NCBI GenBank assembly: GCA_964228865.1
Contig: CAXRAI010000064.1
Coordinates: 5,863-69,862, forward strand
Direction: 5' to 3'
Origin: Salinimicrobium sp.
GTDB taxonomy: Archaea; Thermoplasmatota; Poseidoniia; Poseidoniales; Poseidoniaceae
Length of the DNA stretch: 64,000 bases
Position 1 is the stretch's first letter, and each line of letters starts with the position of its first letter. This document shows positions 36,285-45,584 of this stretch, in pieces. The notes beneath the pieces are model-generated. The model saw only the letters and a program-made list of their open reading frames with translations. It searched no databases and had not been told where the DNA came from. The position numbers were made by a program, and so were the translations under genes.

Positions 36285-37340
36285 TCAATCCACGCGGTAA
36301 CGCGTCAAGGCCACAGCGCCGCCGAGGCCGTCCAATTGGGCTCCCGCATCGTGGTCCCTCGAAGATTGGACGATGGTTCCACCGAGGTCATGAACGGCCT
36401 CGCACATCGATTGCCACCGCTCGCTGTCTTCTCCACGGAGCAGGTCGGCGAGCACGACCAAGGTTTCCACGGCCCCTTCTTCGACTGCGCGTGAAAGATG
36501 CGCCATGCCGTAAGCCACGGCCCCGGACGTCTGGATGCGCGTCATTGCTTCTTCGACCAAACCAGTCTCTCGGGAGACGGCATGGTCCGCGAGCACAGAG
36601 CCCGCGAGCCCTTCACGAATCACTTCGTTGGCGGCCGAGCGTCCACCGATGGACGTGGCCACAGAAGTGAGGCTGAGTTCCGGTGCACAAACCCGCAACG
36701 CTGCGGCGAGCCGGTCGCGCGCATGCCCAGGCCCGGCAAGCACCACCGGGACGTCACCGATCAACGCAGCAGCGATTTCCTTGGCGGTGTTGGTCAAGAA
36801 GGCCTCTTTCACTCCGCTGGACGTGCGCTCGTCGCTTCGCTTTCCGCCGCCACGCATGGTCCATGTCATGCCCTCTTTCAGGCCGCGTTGGGCGACCGTG
36901 AACAGAATAACTTCGTCGTGTTCCACGACGACAAGCGCGACCTTGGGTCGAAGCGCTGCGCTTGCCGCTTCCTCGATCAACTGCACGTCAATGGGACGGA
37001 ACGCGGCGTTCGCTTGCACCTCCACCTCATGACCTGCCTCGACGACGTGCGTGTGGTGCTGCCCCTGATCAAAGGCTGCTTCGACGATGGTGCCGTGAAC
37101 CCGTAAGGCATCGGAGAACGTGTGATGTTCAACGCTGATCACGTCAAGCAGGATCCACATGGTTCGGCGTTCAGCTGCCTTTGCCCTGCCTCCTTCCACC
37201 GCGCCAGTGGTGGAATCCCTCCGCTCGCCCACCATCCCGAAGCGATGGCCTGCTTGCACGAATTGGGCGAGCGTCCACAGGTCATCGTCGGACTCACACC
37301 GCAACCGCATGCGCATGTCGTCGCGGTGCAGGATGCGCAT
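36285..37340 (-). CDS. pelA: Pelota/Dom34 ribosome rescue factor
   Basis: ESDDDLWTL, LRVHGTI, GQHHT, LAGPG, GAVETLVVL and QLDGLGGAVALTRY; start at MRIL. Confidence 0.94.
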   Translation of the reverse strand: MRILHRDDMRMRLRCESDDDLWTLAQFVQAGHRFGMVGERRDSTTGAVEGGRAKAAERRTMWILLDVISVEHHTFSDALRVHGTIVEAAFDQGQHHTHVVEAGHEVEVQANAAFRPIDVQLIEEAASAALRPKVALVVVEHDEVILFTVAQRGLKEGMTWTMRGGGKRSDERTSSGVKEAFLTNTAKEIAAALIGDVPVVLAGPGHARDRLAAALRVCAPELSLTSVATSIGGRSAANEVIREGLAGSVLADHAVSRETGLVEEAMTRIQTSGAVAYGMAHLSRAVEEGAVETLVVLADLLRGEDSERWQSMCEAVHDLGGTIVQSSRDHDAGAQLDGLGGAVALTRYRVD

Positions 37341-37344
37341 GGCC

Positions 37345-39060
37345 TCACCCGAAAACGCCCTTGAGCATGCCATGCTCGTCCATGTCCATGTCGGCCGCAG
37401 CGGGGCGCTTTGGAAGGCCTGGCATGGTCATCATGTTGCCCAAGATGGCCACGATGAATCCAGCGCCGGCATTCAATCGGAATTCGCCAACGGGGAGGGT
37501 GAAGTCGGAAGGTGCACCGAGTCCCCCCGCGTCGTGACTGAAACTGTACTGCGTCTTTGCCATGCACACAGGGAGGTGACCATAGCCCCACGCTTCGAAG
37601 CGATCCAACTGCTTTCTCGCCGCAGATGACACCTCGACCTCACTGGCACCGTACAGGCGCTTTGCAATGCCTTCGACTTTCTCCAAGACCGGCGCGTCTG
37701 GCATGAAGAGGGGCGTGAATGGGCGCCCGGCGGCGACGTGGTCTTGCACGGCTCGAACCACCGCCTGCGCAAGTGCAGTGCCGCCTTCTCCTCCTCGTGC
37801 GTGGACCTCGGTCAAGCAGACGTCGTGTGCGCCACTTGCCCGTGCCGCATCGGCCAGGGCCTCAAGTTCAGCGTCCGTGTCGCTCGCGAAGCGGTTGATG
37901 GAGACGACGACCGGCATGCCGAATCCGGACATGTTGCGGATGTGGCGGTCGAGGTTGGTCCTCGCTCCGTCAAGCATGGCTTCGACGTTTTCTGCCTCGA
38001 GCTCTTCTTTGCTCGGGCGTCGCCCCGCTCGGTCTCCAAAGGCCCCTCCGTGGAGCTTCATGGAACGAACGGTGACGTTCATCACCACGCAGTCGGGGGC
38101 TTTCTGGCCCACAGGGGCCTTGATGTGCATGAATTTCTCAGCGCCCATGTCGGAGCCAAACCCTGCTTCGGTCACCACGAAATCGGCGCAGGCCAAAGCC
38201 AAGCGGTCGCCGATGACCGATGAGTTCCCGTGCGCGATGTTGGCGAAAGGCCCTCCATGAATGAAAGCAGGGTCTCCTTCGAGGGTTTGCACCAGGTTGG
38301 GAAGGAAGGCGTCCCTGAGGAGCAGGGCCATGGCGCCGGCCGCCTCGAGGTCGTCTGCACGAACGGGGTTTCCGTCGAGGTCGGGGCCAACGATGATCTC
38401 ACCGAGGCGCGCTCGAAGGTCGGCGTAGTCGCGCGCAAGGACGAGGATGGCCATCACTTCACTGGCCGCGGTGATGTCGAATCGGTCTTGTCGAACGTGC
38501 CCGTTTGCAGCACCACCGAGGCCGACCACCACCTCACGAAGGGCACGGTCGTTGAGGTCCACAACACGTGGCCATCCAATGCGTGTGGCGTCCAACCGAC
38601 GGTCGTTGCCGTGCTTGATGTGGTTGTCAATCATGGATGAGAGCAGGTTGTGTGCTGAGGTCACGGCGTGCAAGTCACCCGTGAAGTGCAAGTTGATCTG
38701 CTCCATTGGCAGCACTTGCGAGCGTCCACCGCCTGCTGCCCCTCCCTTGATGCCAAACACCGGGCCCATGGAGGGTTCCCGAATCACGCATGTCGCCGAA
38801 CGGCCGATGCGGTTCAAGGCCTGCGTCAGTCCGATGGTGGTCACTGTCTTGCCTTCACCAAAGGGCGTCGGGTTGACCGAGGTCACCAGGACAAGGCTGC
38901 CTTGGGGGCGGTCGAGATGCTCCTGTATGCAGGACCAACCCACCTTTGCGATGTGGCGCCCGTAGGGTTGCAGGCCTTCCGCAGGCAGGGCCAACTTCCA
39001 TGCGACGGCGGCGATGTCCTCAAGCGTCGCTTCCCGGGCGATTTCCAAATCGGAGGGCAT
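37345..39060 (-). CDS. fhs: Formate-tetrahydrofolate ligase
   Basis: TPFGEGKT, IREPSMGPVFGIKGGAAGGG, INLHFTGD, VTEAGFGSDMGAEKF, CMAKTQYSFS and MTMPGLP. Confidence 0.98.
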   Translation of the reverse strand: MPSDLEIAREATLEDIAAVAWKLALPAEGLQPYGRHIAKVGWSCIQEHLDRPQGSLVLVTSVNPTPFGEGKTVTTIGLTQALNRIGRSATCVIREPSMGPVFGIKGGAAGGGRSQVLPMEQINLHFTGDLHAVTSAHNLLSSMIDNHIKHGNDRRLDATRIGWPRVVDLNDRALREVVVGLGGAANGHVRQDRFDITAASEVMAILVLARDYADLRARLGEIIVGPDLDGNPVRADDLEAAGAMALLLRDAFLPNLVQTLEGDPAFIHGGPFANIAHGNSSVIGDRLALACADFVVTEAGFGSDMGAEKFMHIKAPVGQKAPDCVVMNVTVRSMKLHGGAFGDRAGRRPSKEELEAENVEAMLDGARTNLDRHIRNMSGFGMPVVVSINRFASDTDAELEALADAARASGAHDVCLTEVHARGGEGGTALAQAVVRAVQDHVAAGRPFTPLFMPDAPVLEKVEGIAKRLYGASEVEVSSAARKQLDRFEAWGYGHLPVCMAKTQYSFSHDAGGLGAPSDFTLPVGEFRLNAGAGFIVAILGNMMTMPGLPKRPAAADMDMDEHGMLKGVFG

Positions 39061-39148
39061 GAGGGCCTAGCCCTCCATGACGGGCTATCAATGCGCCGCC
39101 TTGCAGCAGTCCAGCCTTGTGGTTCGTGGGGGCTGCACAAGGCGCCGC

Positions 39149-40591
39149 TCACTTCTCGCCACGGTCTTCGACGCTGCCCAAGTAGTCGGGCAACTCCACA
39201 CCGGCCATGCCGGCAACCTCGTGGACCGGCGGGAGGCTCTTGATGAGGCTCGACACGAAGTTCGAGGTGCTCGAACCGTCGCCGCCGTTGCCACCGGAAT
39301 CCCACACGGTGATCTTGTCGATGGTGAGGTTCGAGATGGCCTCCACTTGCTTTGCGACGATGGCCTCCATCTTCTCGACCATGAGGAGCGTGGCCGCGGC
39401 CCGGGCGTCGCCACCTGCGCTTTCCACGAGGTTGCGGTACCCCACAGCCTTTGCTTCAAGGACGGCTTGGACACCCTCGGCTTCTGCTTGGAATCGAGCC
39501 AGGGTAGCGTCTGCTTCACCACGGGCGATGCGGCGCTGGCGCTCGGCTTCGGCCTCGGCAGCGATCTCAATCTGCGCCTTCGCGACCTCTTCACGTGCGA
39601 TTTCTTCAGCACGGAGTCGCTCAGACTCCAAGGTGTACTGCGCACGCTCGATTTCGGCCTGAGCCTGCCTGCGGGCGACTTCAGAACGCTGGAGGGCTTC
39701 TGCCTCACGCTCGGCAAGGTCGGCGTTGGTGCGTGCGATGTCTGCTCGTGCGACGTTCTCACCTTCCACCGCTTGTGCTTCCTGTTGTTGGATAAACACA
39801 CGGCGGTCGGCCTCTGCCTGCTTCTGGCCCTTGGCGGAAGCTGCTTCGTTGCGAGCAACCTCAATTTGGCGGTCACGGTTGGCTGCGGCCACACCGATGG
39901 CACCCTCACGGTCTGAGTTGGCCACGTCGATGAGCGCCTTGTTGTTGGCCTCAGCGGCCGCCTTGCGACCGATGTTCTCGATGTAGTTCGATTCGTCGGT
40001 GATGTCGGTGATGTTCACGTTGATCAGGTAGAGACCGATCTTGTGGAGTTCAGCATCGACGTTCTTGGACACCAAGGAAAGGAAGGCCTCACGGTCTTGG
40101 TTGATCTGCTCGATGGTCAGAGAGGCAACGGTCAGACGCAGCTGGCCGAAGATGATCTCCTTGGCCATATCTTCAATGGCTTGCGGGGTCAGACCAAGCA
40201 AACGCTCAGCGGCGTTGGTCATGATTTGAGGCTCAGTGGACACACCGATGGTAAACGTCGAAGGGACGTTGATGCGGATGTTCTGCATCGACAGCGCGTG
40301 GCGCAAGTCGATGATGATGGTCAACGGCTTGAGGTCCAAGTAGGCGTAGTGCTGGATGAGCGGGATGACCAATCGGCCACCACCGTGCACGGTGTCGGCC
40401 GTCTTTCCCTTGAGCCCGGGACCGGAACCGTAGATGACCAGGATCTTGTCGGACGGCGCAATCTTGTAGCGGAACGCGTAGAGGATAACGACCCCCGCAA
40501 CGGCTGCAATCAGGAGGAAGACACCCAAGGTTCCGAGGGCGGCTGCGACGTTGGAACCGGAATCAGCAGTGTGGTCGGTCATGTTGCTCAT
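39149..40591 (-). CDS. Flotillin-like SPFH domain protein
   Basis: N-terminal TM, SPFH core (GGGRLVIP, GQLRLTVASLTIEQIN), long A/E/Q coiled coil, IDKITVWDSG tail. Confidence 0.93.
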   Translation of the reverse strand: MSNMTDHTADSGSNVAAALGTLGVFLLIAAVAGVVILYAFRYKIAPSDKILVIYGSGPGLKGKTADTVHGGGRLVIPLIQHYAYLDLKPLTIIIDLRHALSMQNIRINVPSTFTIGVSTEPQIMTNAAERLLGLTPQAIEDMAKEIIFGQLRLTVASLTIEQINQDREAFLSLVSKNVDAELHKIGLYLINVNITDITDESNYIENIGRKAAAEANNKALIDVANSDREGAIGVAAANRDRQIEVARNEAASAKGQKQAEADRRVFIQQQEAQAVEGENVARADIARTNADLAEREAEALQRSEVARRQAQAEIERAQYTLESERLRAEEIAREEVAKAQIEIAAEAEAERQRRIARGEADATLARFQAEAEGVQAVLEAKAVGYRNLVESAGGDARAAATLLMVEKMEAIVAKQVEAISNLTIDKITVWDSGGNGGDGSSTSNFVSSLIKSLPPVHEVAGMAGVELPDYLGSVEDRGEK

Positions 40592-40642
40592 CTTTGGAGC
40601 ATAGGGGGGCTATATCACCTTGACTCCTGATGGATTGAGCCC

Positions 40643-41257
40643 TCATTCCTCGCCGTTAAAATCCATGGGCTCCACAATCAGCAGGGCTCCGACGTGGTCC
40701 ACCACGCGGACGAGCGTTCCTGAGGGGAGTTCCGCTGCATCGTCCTTGCTGCGTGCGGCCATGGTCCGTAGTGCATTTTGGTAGGTCACCTGCACTTGCC
40801 CCGTGCCGTTGGCGGGGATGTTCATGTAGACCTCTCCACGGGCACCAACGGCGTTGGCGTGGTCCACGTTTCCTTCGGATTCAAGGCCTCGGAAGAGGTG
40901 GTACACCTTGCCCATGATGTACATCGAGACGAGGCCAGCGACCGTTCCTGCTCCAATCGCCATCAGCGTGTTGTCGTTGGCTTGATTGACGGCGAGGCCG
41001 AAGATCCCGAACATCATGATGAAGGAAAGGATGCCTTGCAACGTCAGCAATTCGAAGGCAAAACCGGCGTCCATGTCGAGATCGATGTTGAAGGCACCTT
41101 CGAGCACACCGTCGGCAAATCCGCCGATGATCAGGAGGATGAAGTAGAGCACAAACAGGCCTGTTCCAATGAGGGCCATGCTTGCAAAGAGGATGTCAAT
41201 GCCGCTGATGGAACCCAGCCCAAGGAAGTCGAGGAAGGACGGGATGCTAATCTCCAT
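40643..41257 (-). CDS. NfeD-like membrane protein with C-terminal OB fold
   Basis: Hydrophobic N-terminal part, then VGARGEVYMNIP...GQVQV...GTLVRVV; lies directly upstream of flotillin. Confidence 0.85.
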   Translation of the reverse strand: MEISIPSFLDFLGLGSISGIDILFASMALIGTGLFVLYFILLIIGGFADGVLEGAFNIDLDMDAGFAFELLTLQGILSFIMMFGIFGLAVNQANDNTLMAIGAGTVAGLVSMYIMGKVYHLFRGLESEGNVDHANAVGARGEVYMNIPANGTGQVQVTYQNALRTMAARSKDDAAELPSGTLVRVVDHVGALLIVEPMDFNGEE

Positions 41258-41282
41258 GGTGGGGCTTCACTCCAGTTTGACT

Positions 41283-41537
41283 TCAAGATTCCCGCTCGCG
41301 TTGCTTCAAAACCCAGCGAACAAAGAGGTAGCGCTCGAGCGCGAAGAGGGGTCCGAGCGAGCCACCGACCGCTACGCCAATCAGCCAGTCGGGTGCTCCA
41401 AGCGCCCATGTGGCCATGCCGATAACCACCAGAGCCATGGGTATGATGCCCCGGCGCAAGACGGCGTACAGCGGGGCCAATTCTGCCATTTCTTGTTGCC
41501 GTGCCAGCGCCTGCCATGCGGCACTGTCTGAAGGCAT
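41283..41537 (-). CDS. Small two-TM hypothetical membrane protein
   Basis: 84 aa with two hydrophobic segments; co-oriented with its neighbours. Confidence 0.55.
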   Translation of the reverse strand: MPSDSAAWQALARQQEMAELAPLYAVLRRGIIPMALVVIGMATWALGAPDWLIGVAVGGSLGPLFALERYLFVRWVLKQRERES

Positions 41538-41546
41538 GCTGTTGCC

Positions 41547-41948
41547 TCAACCGAGGAGGCCGACACCGAGGATTTCGGTGGAGCCGACAAGAACCGCGTA
41601 AATGAGGTACACGAACATCATCGATCGGACGTTGAATCGGCTTTCGCTTTGCTCAACGGGGATCTCCACCCGCTCGCCGTTGTCGGTAAGGGTGGTGACG
41701 GTCTGCTCAAGCATGGTGTAGTTCCCACCTTGTTCGAATTCCTTGACGCTGCGGCGTTGTTGGTAGAAGAGGGCAAAAATGGTGACGAGGATGATCGCCA
41801 TGCTGGGCCCGACGTAAGCACCGAGTGCAACTTCGAGGTTCTCCATCATGACAGAGGTGTAGTAAAGGGTCACCAAAGCGGTGAGGAAGCCAAAGAGGCC
41901 TGAGCCTTCGTTGCGCGCCTTCATCGTGGCGGCCGCGGCTGGGTGCAT
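41547..41948 (-). CDS. Hypothetical membrane protein
   Basis: Three hydrophobic segments; start uncertain. Confidence 0.6.
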   Translation of the reverse strand: MHPAAAATMKARNEGSGLFGFLTALVTLYYTSVMMENLEVALGAYVGPSMAIILVTIFALFYQQRRSVKEFEQGGNYTMLEQTVTTLTDNGERVEIPVEQSESRFNVRSMMFVYLIYAVLVGSTEILGVGLLG

Positions 41949-42034
41949 GGGGGGAAGTCATGTCGGTCCAATTTGAATCATTTGCCGATTCCTGCCGCCC
42001 ACAGCCTCAAGCCGCTCCTCGGCTTGGGCGATTT

Positions 42035-42919
42035 GTGACCGGGTTGCTGCACGCGGTGGCGGGTCATCCCGTGCAGGCATCCGCTTCGCCTTTGCTCGCC
42101 CTCCTGACGGTGGGTCGTCTGGAGGAGGCCGGGGTCGTGGGCCTCGGGTTGGCCACCACGCGTGTCGTCCGAATTGAGGCGACTGAGCCCGATCGTGTGT
42201 TTGAGGAATTGAACACGTCGGTGCAATCGACACCGGGTGTGCACGAAGCTGTCATGACCCGTATTGCCAACGAACCAAGGCCCCAACGGTCCAATCCGTC
42301 CCGTTTTATCGCCGGTGGCGGCCGGTGGGTGAGTTTGACCACCCCGCTTAAGCATCAGATCGGGGACTGGCACTGCACCGACGGCGCTCAAGCACTGCGA
42401 AGCGTCAACGCGCTGCGCCTTGACGACGACGGGGTGCACTCGGCAGGAACCGATGGCTTGGGCGTGGTGGCCCTTGCCCGCTTGGCGGGGTGGGGTCCGG
42501 ATGGCGGTGCCGTGCTCCGCATGCGCGGCGGCGGAGGAGCGGCCCGTTCGGTGGCGCACGCATGGGCGGGAGCAGGCGGCCGTGTGCACCTTGTCGAGGG
42601 CCGTCGTCCGCTGATGCCACCGCTGCTGAATTCCGACCTTGCCGCATCCGATGAGGAAGCGGTCCTGAGCGTTGATTTCGACGGCGAAGGTCAACGTTTG
42701 ATCGCCAGACATCGCCTGAATCCATCGTACCAGGGCACAGCGTTCCAAGCGGCAGGTTCCCTTGCGGCCCCCCTCATCGACGGGCGTTGGATGCTGGTTG
42801 CTCAACACCTTGAGGCGTGGCGAACGTTGTGGGCGCCAGAACTCCACGATGCCTTGCCGTCCATTCCTGAGTTGATGGAAGACCTCTTGGCCGTCGAGGC
42901 CCTCCTCGATGGCTCTTGA
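42035..42919 (+). CDS. aroE: Shikimate dehydrogenase-like protein
   Basis: GHPVQASASP, TTPLK, VN, TDG, GGGGAARS and MLVAQ retain the AroE catalytic pattern; GTG start at 42035 assumed (ORF track gives 41960). Confidence 0.75.
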   Translation: MTGLLHAVAGHPVQASASPLLALLTVGRLEEAGVVGLGLATTRVVRIEATEPDRVFEELNTSVQSTPGVHEAVMTRIANEPRPQRSNPSRFIAGGGRWVSLTTPLKHQIGDWHCTDGAQALRSVNALRLDDDGVHSAGTDGLGVVALARLAGWGPDGGAVLRMRGGGGAARSVAHAWAGAGGRVHLVEGRRPLMPPLLNSDLAASDEEAVLSVDFDGEGQRLIARHRLNPSYQGTAFQAAGSLAAPLIDGRWMLVAQHLEAWRTLWAPELHDALPSIPELMEDLLAVEALLDGS

Positions 42920-42971
42920 GATGATGCGGTCTTGGCTAAGTTTGAACATCGGCCGGTTTGACTCACGGTCC

Positions 42972-45584
42972 ATGCGGGCACTCGCTGCACTCGGCGTGCT
43001 GGCTTTGTTGCTCTGTGTGCCGCTCACCAATGCCCTTCCACCGGCCAAGGAGTACGACAGCGAGCCTCACGTCGGCGCCGATTTCCCCATGGGCACCGTC
43101 GAATTGACGACGAGCTTCGGTCAAGAAGTGGGCCTGCGATACCCCGCCATCCAAGCAGGCCAAAAAACGCAAATGGCCGGCAACGGGCCGTTTCCAGTGG
43201 TCGTCTTCATCCCAACAGACGGTGAAGGAAGCGGCGATTACGACTTGTTCTCCGAACAGCTGGTTGCCCGAGGTTACGTCGTTGCGGTCACCAACGGTGT
43301 CCCCGAAGGGCCTTTGGCGCTGCAGCCGGTCCTGGAGCGCGTCTACGAGGTGAACGACGGTGACGGGAGCGTGCCCGGAAGTTTGGACGGTTTGGCCGAC
43401 GAATGGGCCATTGGTGGGCATGGTAACGGAGCCGCCGCAGCCCTCGAGATGGCAGGGCGATGGTTCGAATTGGGGCGTAATGCTGTTCCTCCGAGCGGTA
43501 TTTTTGGTCTGGGTCTCAGCGACGACGGCACGTTGATCGACGACGGGGAGGTCACCGAGGATGCGCTTGACCTTCTGTTTGACGAACCGGCCGTTGGTTT
43601 GCTCATCACCGGTTCCGTGGACGGTATTGCACCAGTGGAATCGAACGCTTTGCCGTTGCTCGATTCCGGCTTGGACCTGGGACTGCACGTCATGACGTTG
43701 CGAGGTGCGAACCACAACCAATGGAAAGACTCCCCAGGTCTCTTTGCAGGAGGTGACGGTACCGCCACCCTGTCGCAGGAGGAGCAGCACAGCAAAGCCG
43801 CCTTGCACGTGGTGGGGTTGCTTGACCTGACCACGCGCGGTGACCATGATGCCTTCGCCGTGGGATTCAACCGACCCAACGATCCACACATCCTCAGCGA
43901 TCCCGATGCCTACCTCGACGAAGATTTGGCAGCAGCAGAATTGCTTCGGTTGAACCTCACCTTGCCGACCAATCAGAGCGGTTCTGAAGTCAGTGGACTG
44001 CTTGAGTTTGAGGGCCAAATCGGCCTTTGGGACGGCAGCGACTGGCACGCAGACGGCCGCTCGGCTGAGGCCATGTGTTGGTTCAACGACGGCTCATTGG
44101 AATCCGCAGGCACGGTCAACGCCACGGGTTGGTTCTCCTGCGACCTGGACGCCACCGAACTTGAACCGGGCCCCTTTGAGGCCAGCATCAAAGTCAGCAT
44201 CGACGGGGCCCCAATTCTCCGTAGCCTGTCGCTGGTTCGAGGGAACGGGCCCCTTGAGTCCTTGGCTCCTGTTCCGGCGGTGATTGTTCCTCAGGGCGGC
44301 ATGGCCACGCTTCGCGCGGACACCTTGGCCACGGACCCAGACGGCCATGACGTGCTCTTTACAGCCGCCTCACTGGAAGGTGCAAACGCAAGCAGGTTTG
44401 ACCTCACCCTGTTGCCTGGTGGGGCCTTGGTGGAAATCCGCGACGCTTCCGACACCGATTGGTTGGGGGGAGCCGTGCTCAACGCCAGCCTTTCCGCAGC
44501 CGGTGAAACGTCTCCGCTTCAGGTCTCGGTTCAGGTGCGAATGGGAGAGGTGGACAATCCCGTGAACGTCCTTGGAGTGCCCCCAACCCTTGTGTTCGAT
44601 GAAGACGGCCCCCAGCAGACGCTCGATCTCTCGGCCTATGTTGCCGACCCTGAAGGAGCCCCGCTGCAGGTGATGGTTGAAGGGGGCATGTGGGCAGACT
44701 TGGGTCCTGTGCGCGCTGCCGTAATGGGTTCCAACTTGAGCGTGCTGCCGTTGGCCAATGCCTCAGGTTCCGTCGTCATTCCCTTGACGGTAGGGGACGG
44801 AACGACCGAATCAAAAAGCGTCAACGTCACTGCCGTGGTCAAGCCGGTCAACGATCCACCGTTGCTGAACCAAACCGAGCTTGAAGTGACACTTCTCGAG
44901 GACGGTGAGCTTGACCTCGATCTTGCGCAGTTGGCTTGGGATGCCGACGGAGACGCCCCAGTGGTCAGCGTGATTGATCCACCGACCGCGTTGACGGTGG
45001 TGGACGTGGTGGACGCGACGCTCGAAATCCGGCCGCTCCCGCATGCCAATGGACGGGTGCAAACCAGCCTGTTGTTCGCCTTCCCCGATGGAGATCTCGT
45101 TCTTCCGCTGTCCATCGTCATTGAACCGGTCGAAGACGCGGGCAGCATCCGCCTCGACTGGGTCCGTCCGCTGTCAGGTGACCAAATCGAAGTTCGCTGG
45201 ACGGTCGAAGACCGTGACGACTTGACCAACGTCACCTTCGAAGGGCGCATGTCGGACGGTGACGGGCTTCCGATGGTTGAGGCCGGTACGCCTTCATGCG
45301 GTCCAGCCTTGCTGGATGAACGTGGTGTGCCGTTGTGGTCGGTGACCTGCGACAGCGTCTGGAACCTTCCCTCAGCGTCCCTGCTCGGCATGACGTTGCG
45401 CGTGGAAGCATCACCTTCTGCTTCCGACGAGCCAGTGGTCTACGTCCTGCCCGTCGAGGTTGGCACCACGCCCTCATCCACCGTCGAAGACGAAGCCAGT
45501 GGGAGTGCTGGGTCGCTTTTGTTTGCAGGTGGGGCCGTCGTCCTTGCCGCAGTCGGCGTGCTGGCTTGGCGGGCCAAGGACTGA
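42972..45584 (+). CDS. Cell-anchored alpha/beta-hydrolase-fold protein (nucleophile Ser replaced by Gly) with cadherin/Ig-like stalk
   Basis: Signal peptide; GPFPVVVF; GGHGNG at the nucleophile elbow; TGSVDGIA Asp; GANH His; VKPVNDPP-type repeats; C-terminal TM-RAKD. Confidence 0.8.
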   Translation: MRALAALGVLALLLCVPLTNALPPAKEYDSEPHVGADFPMGTVELTTSFGQEVGLRYPAIQAGQKTQMAGNGPFPVVVFIPTDGEGSGDYDLFSEQLVARGYVVAVTNGVPEGPLALQPVLERVYEVNDGDGSVPGSLDGLADEWAIGGHGNGAAAALEMAGRWFELGRNAVPPSGIFGLGLSDDGTLIDDGEVTEDALDLLFDEPAVGLLITGSVDGIAPVESNALPLLDSGLDLGLHVMTLRGANHNQWKDSPGLFAGGDGTATLSQEEQHSKAALHVVGLLDLTTRGDHDAFAVGFNRPNDPHILSDPDAYLDEDLAAAELLRLNLTLPTNQSGSEVSGLLEFEGQIGLWDGSDWHADGRSAEAMCWFNDGSLESAGTVNATGWFSCDLDATELEPGPFEASIKVSIDGAPILRSLSLVRGNGPLESLAPVPAVIVPQGGMATLRADTLATDPDGHDVLFTAASLEGANASRFDLTLLPGGALVEIRDASDTDWLGGAVLNASLSAAGETSPLQVSVQVRMGEVDNPVNVLGVPPTLVFDEDGPQQTLDLSAYVADPEGAPLQVMVEGGMWADLGPVRAAVMGSNLSVLPLANASGSVVIPLTVGDGTTESKSVNVTAVVKPVNDPPLLNQTELEVTLLEDGELDLDLAQLAWDADGDAPVVSVIDPPTALTVVDVVDATLEIRPLPHANGRVQTSLLFAFPDGDLVLPLSIVIEPVEDAGSIRLDWVRPLSGDQIEVRWTVEDRDDLTNVTFEGRMSDGDGLPMVEAGTPSCGPALLDERGVPLWSVTCDSVWNLPSASLLGMTLRVEASPSASDEPVVYVLPVEVGTTPSSTVEDEASGSAGSLLFAGGAVVLAAVGVLAWRAKD

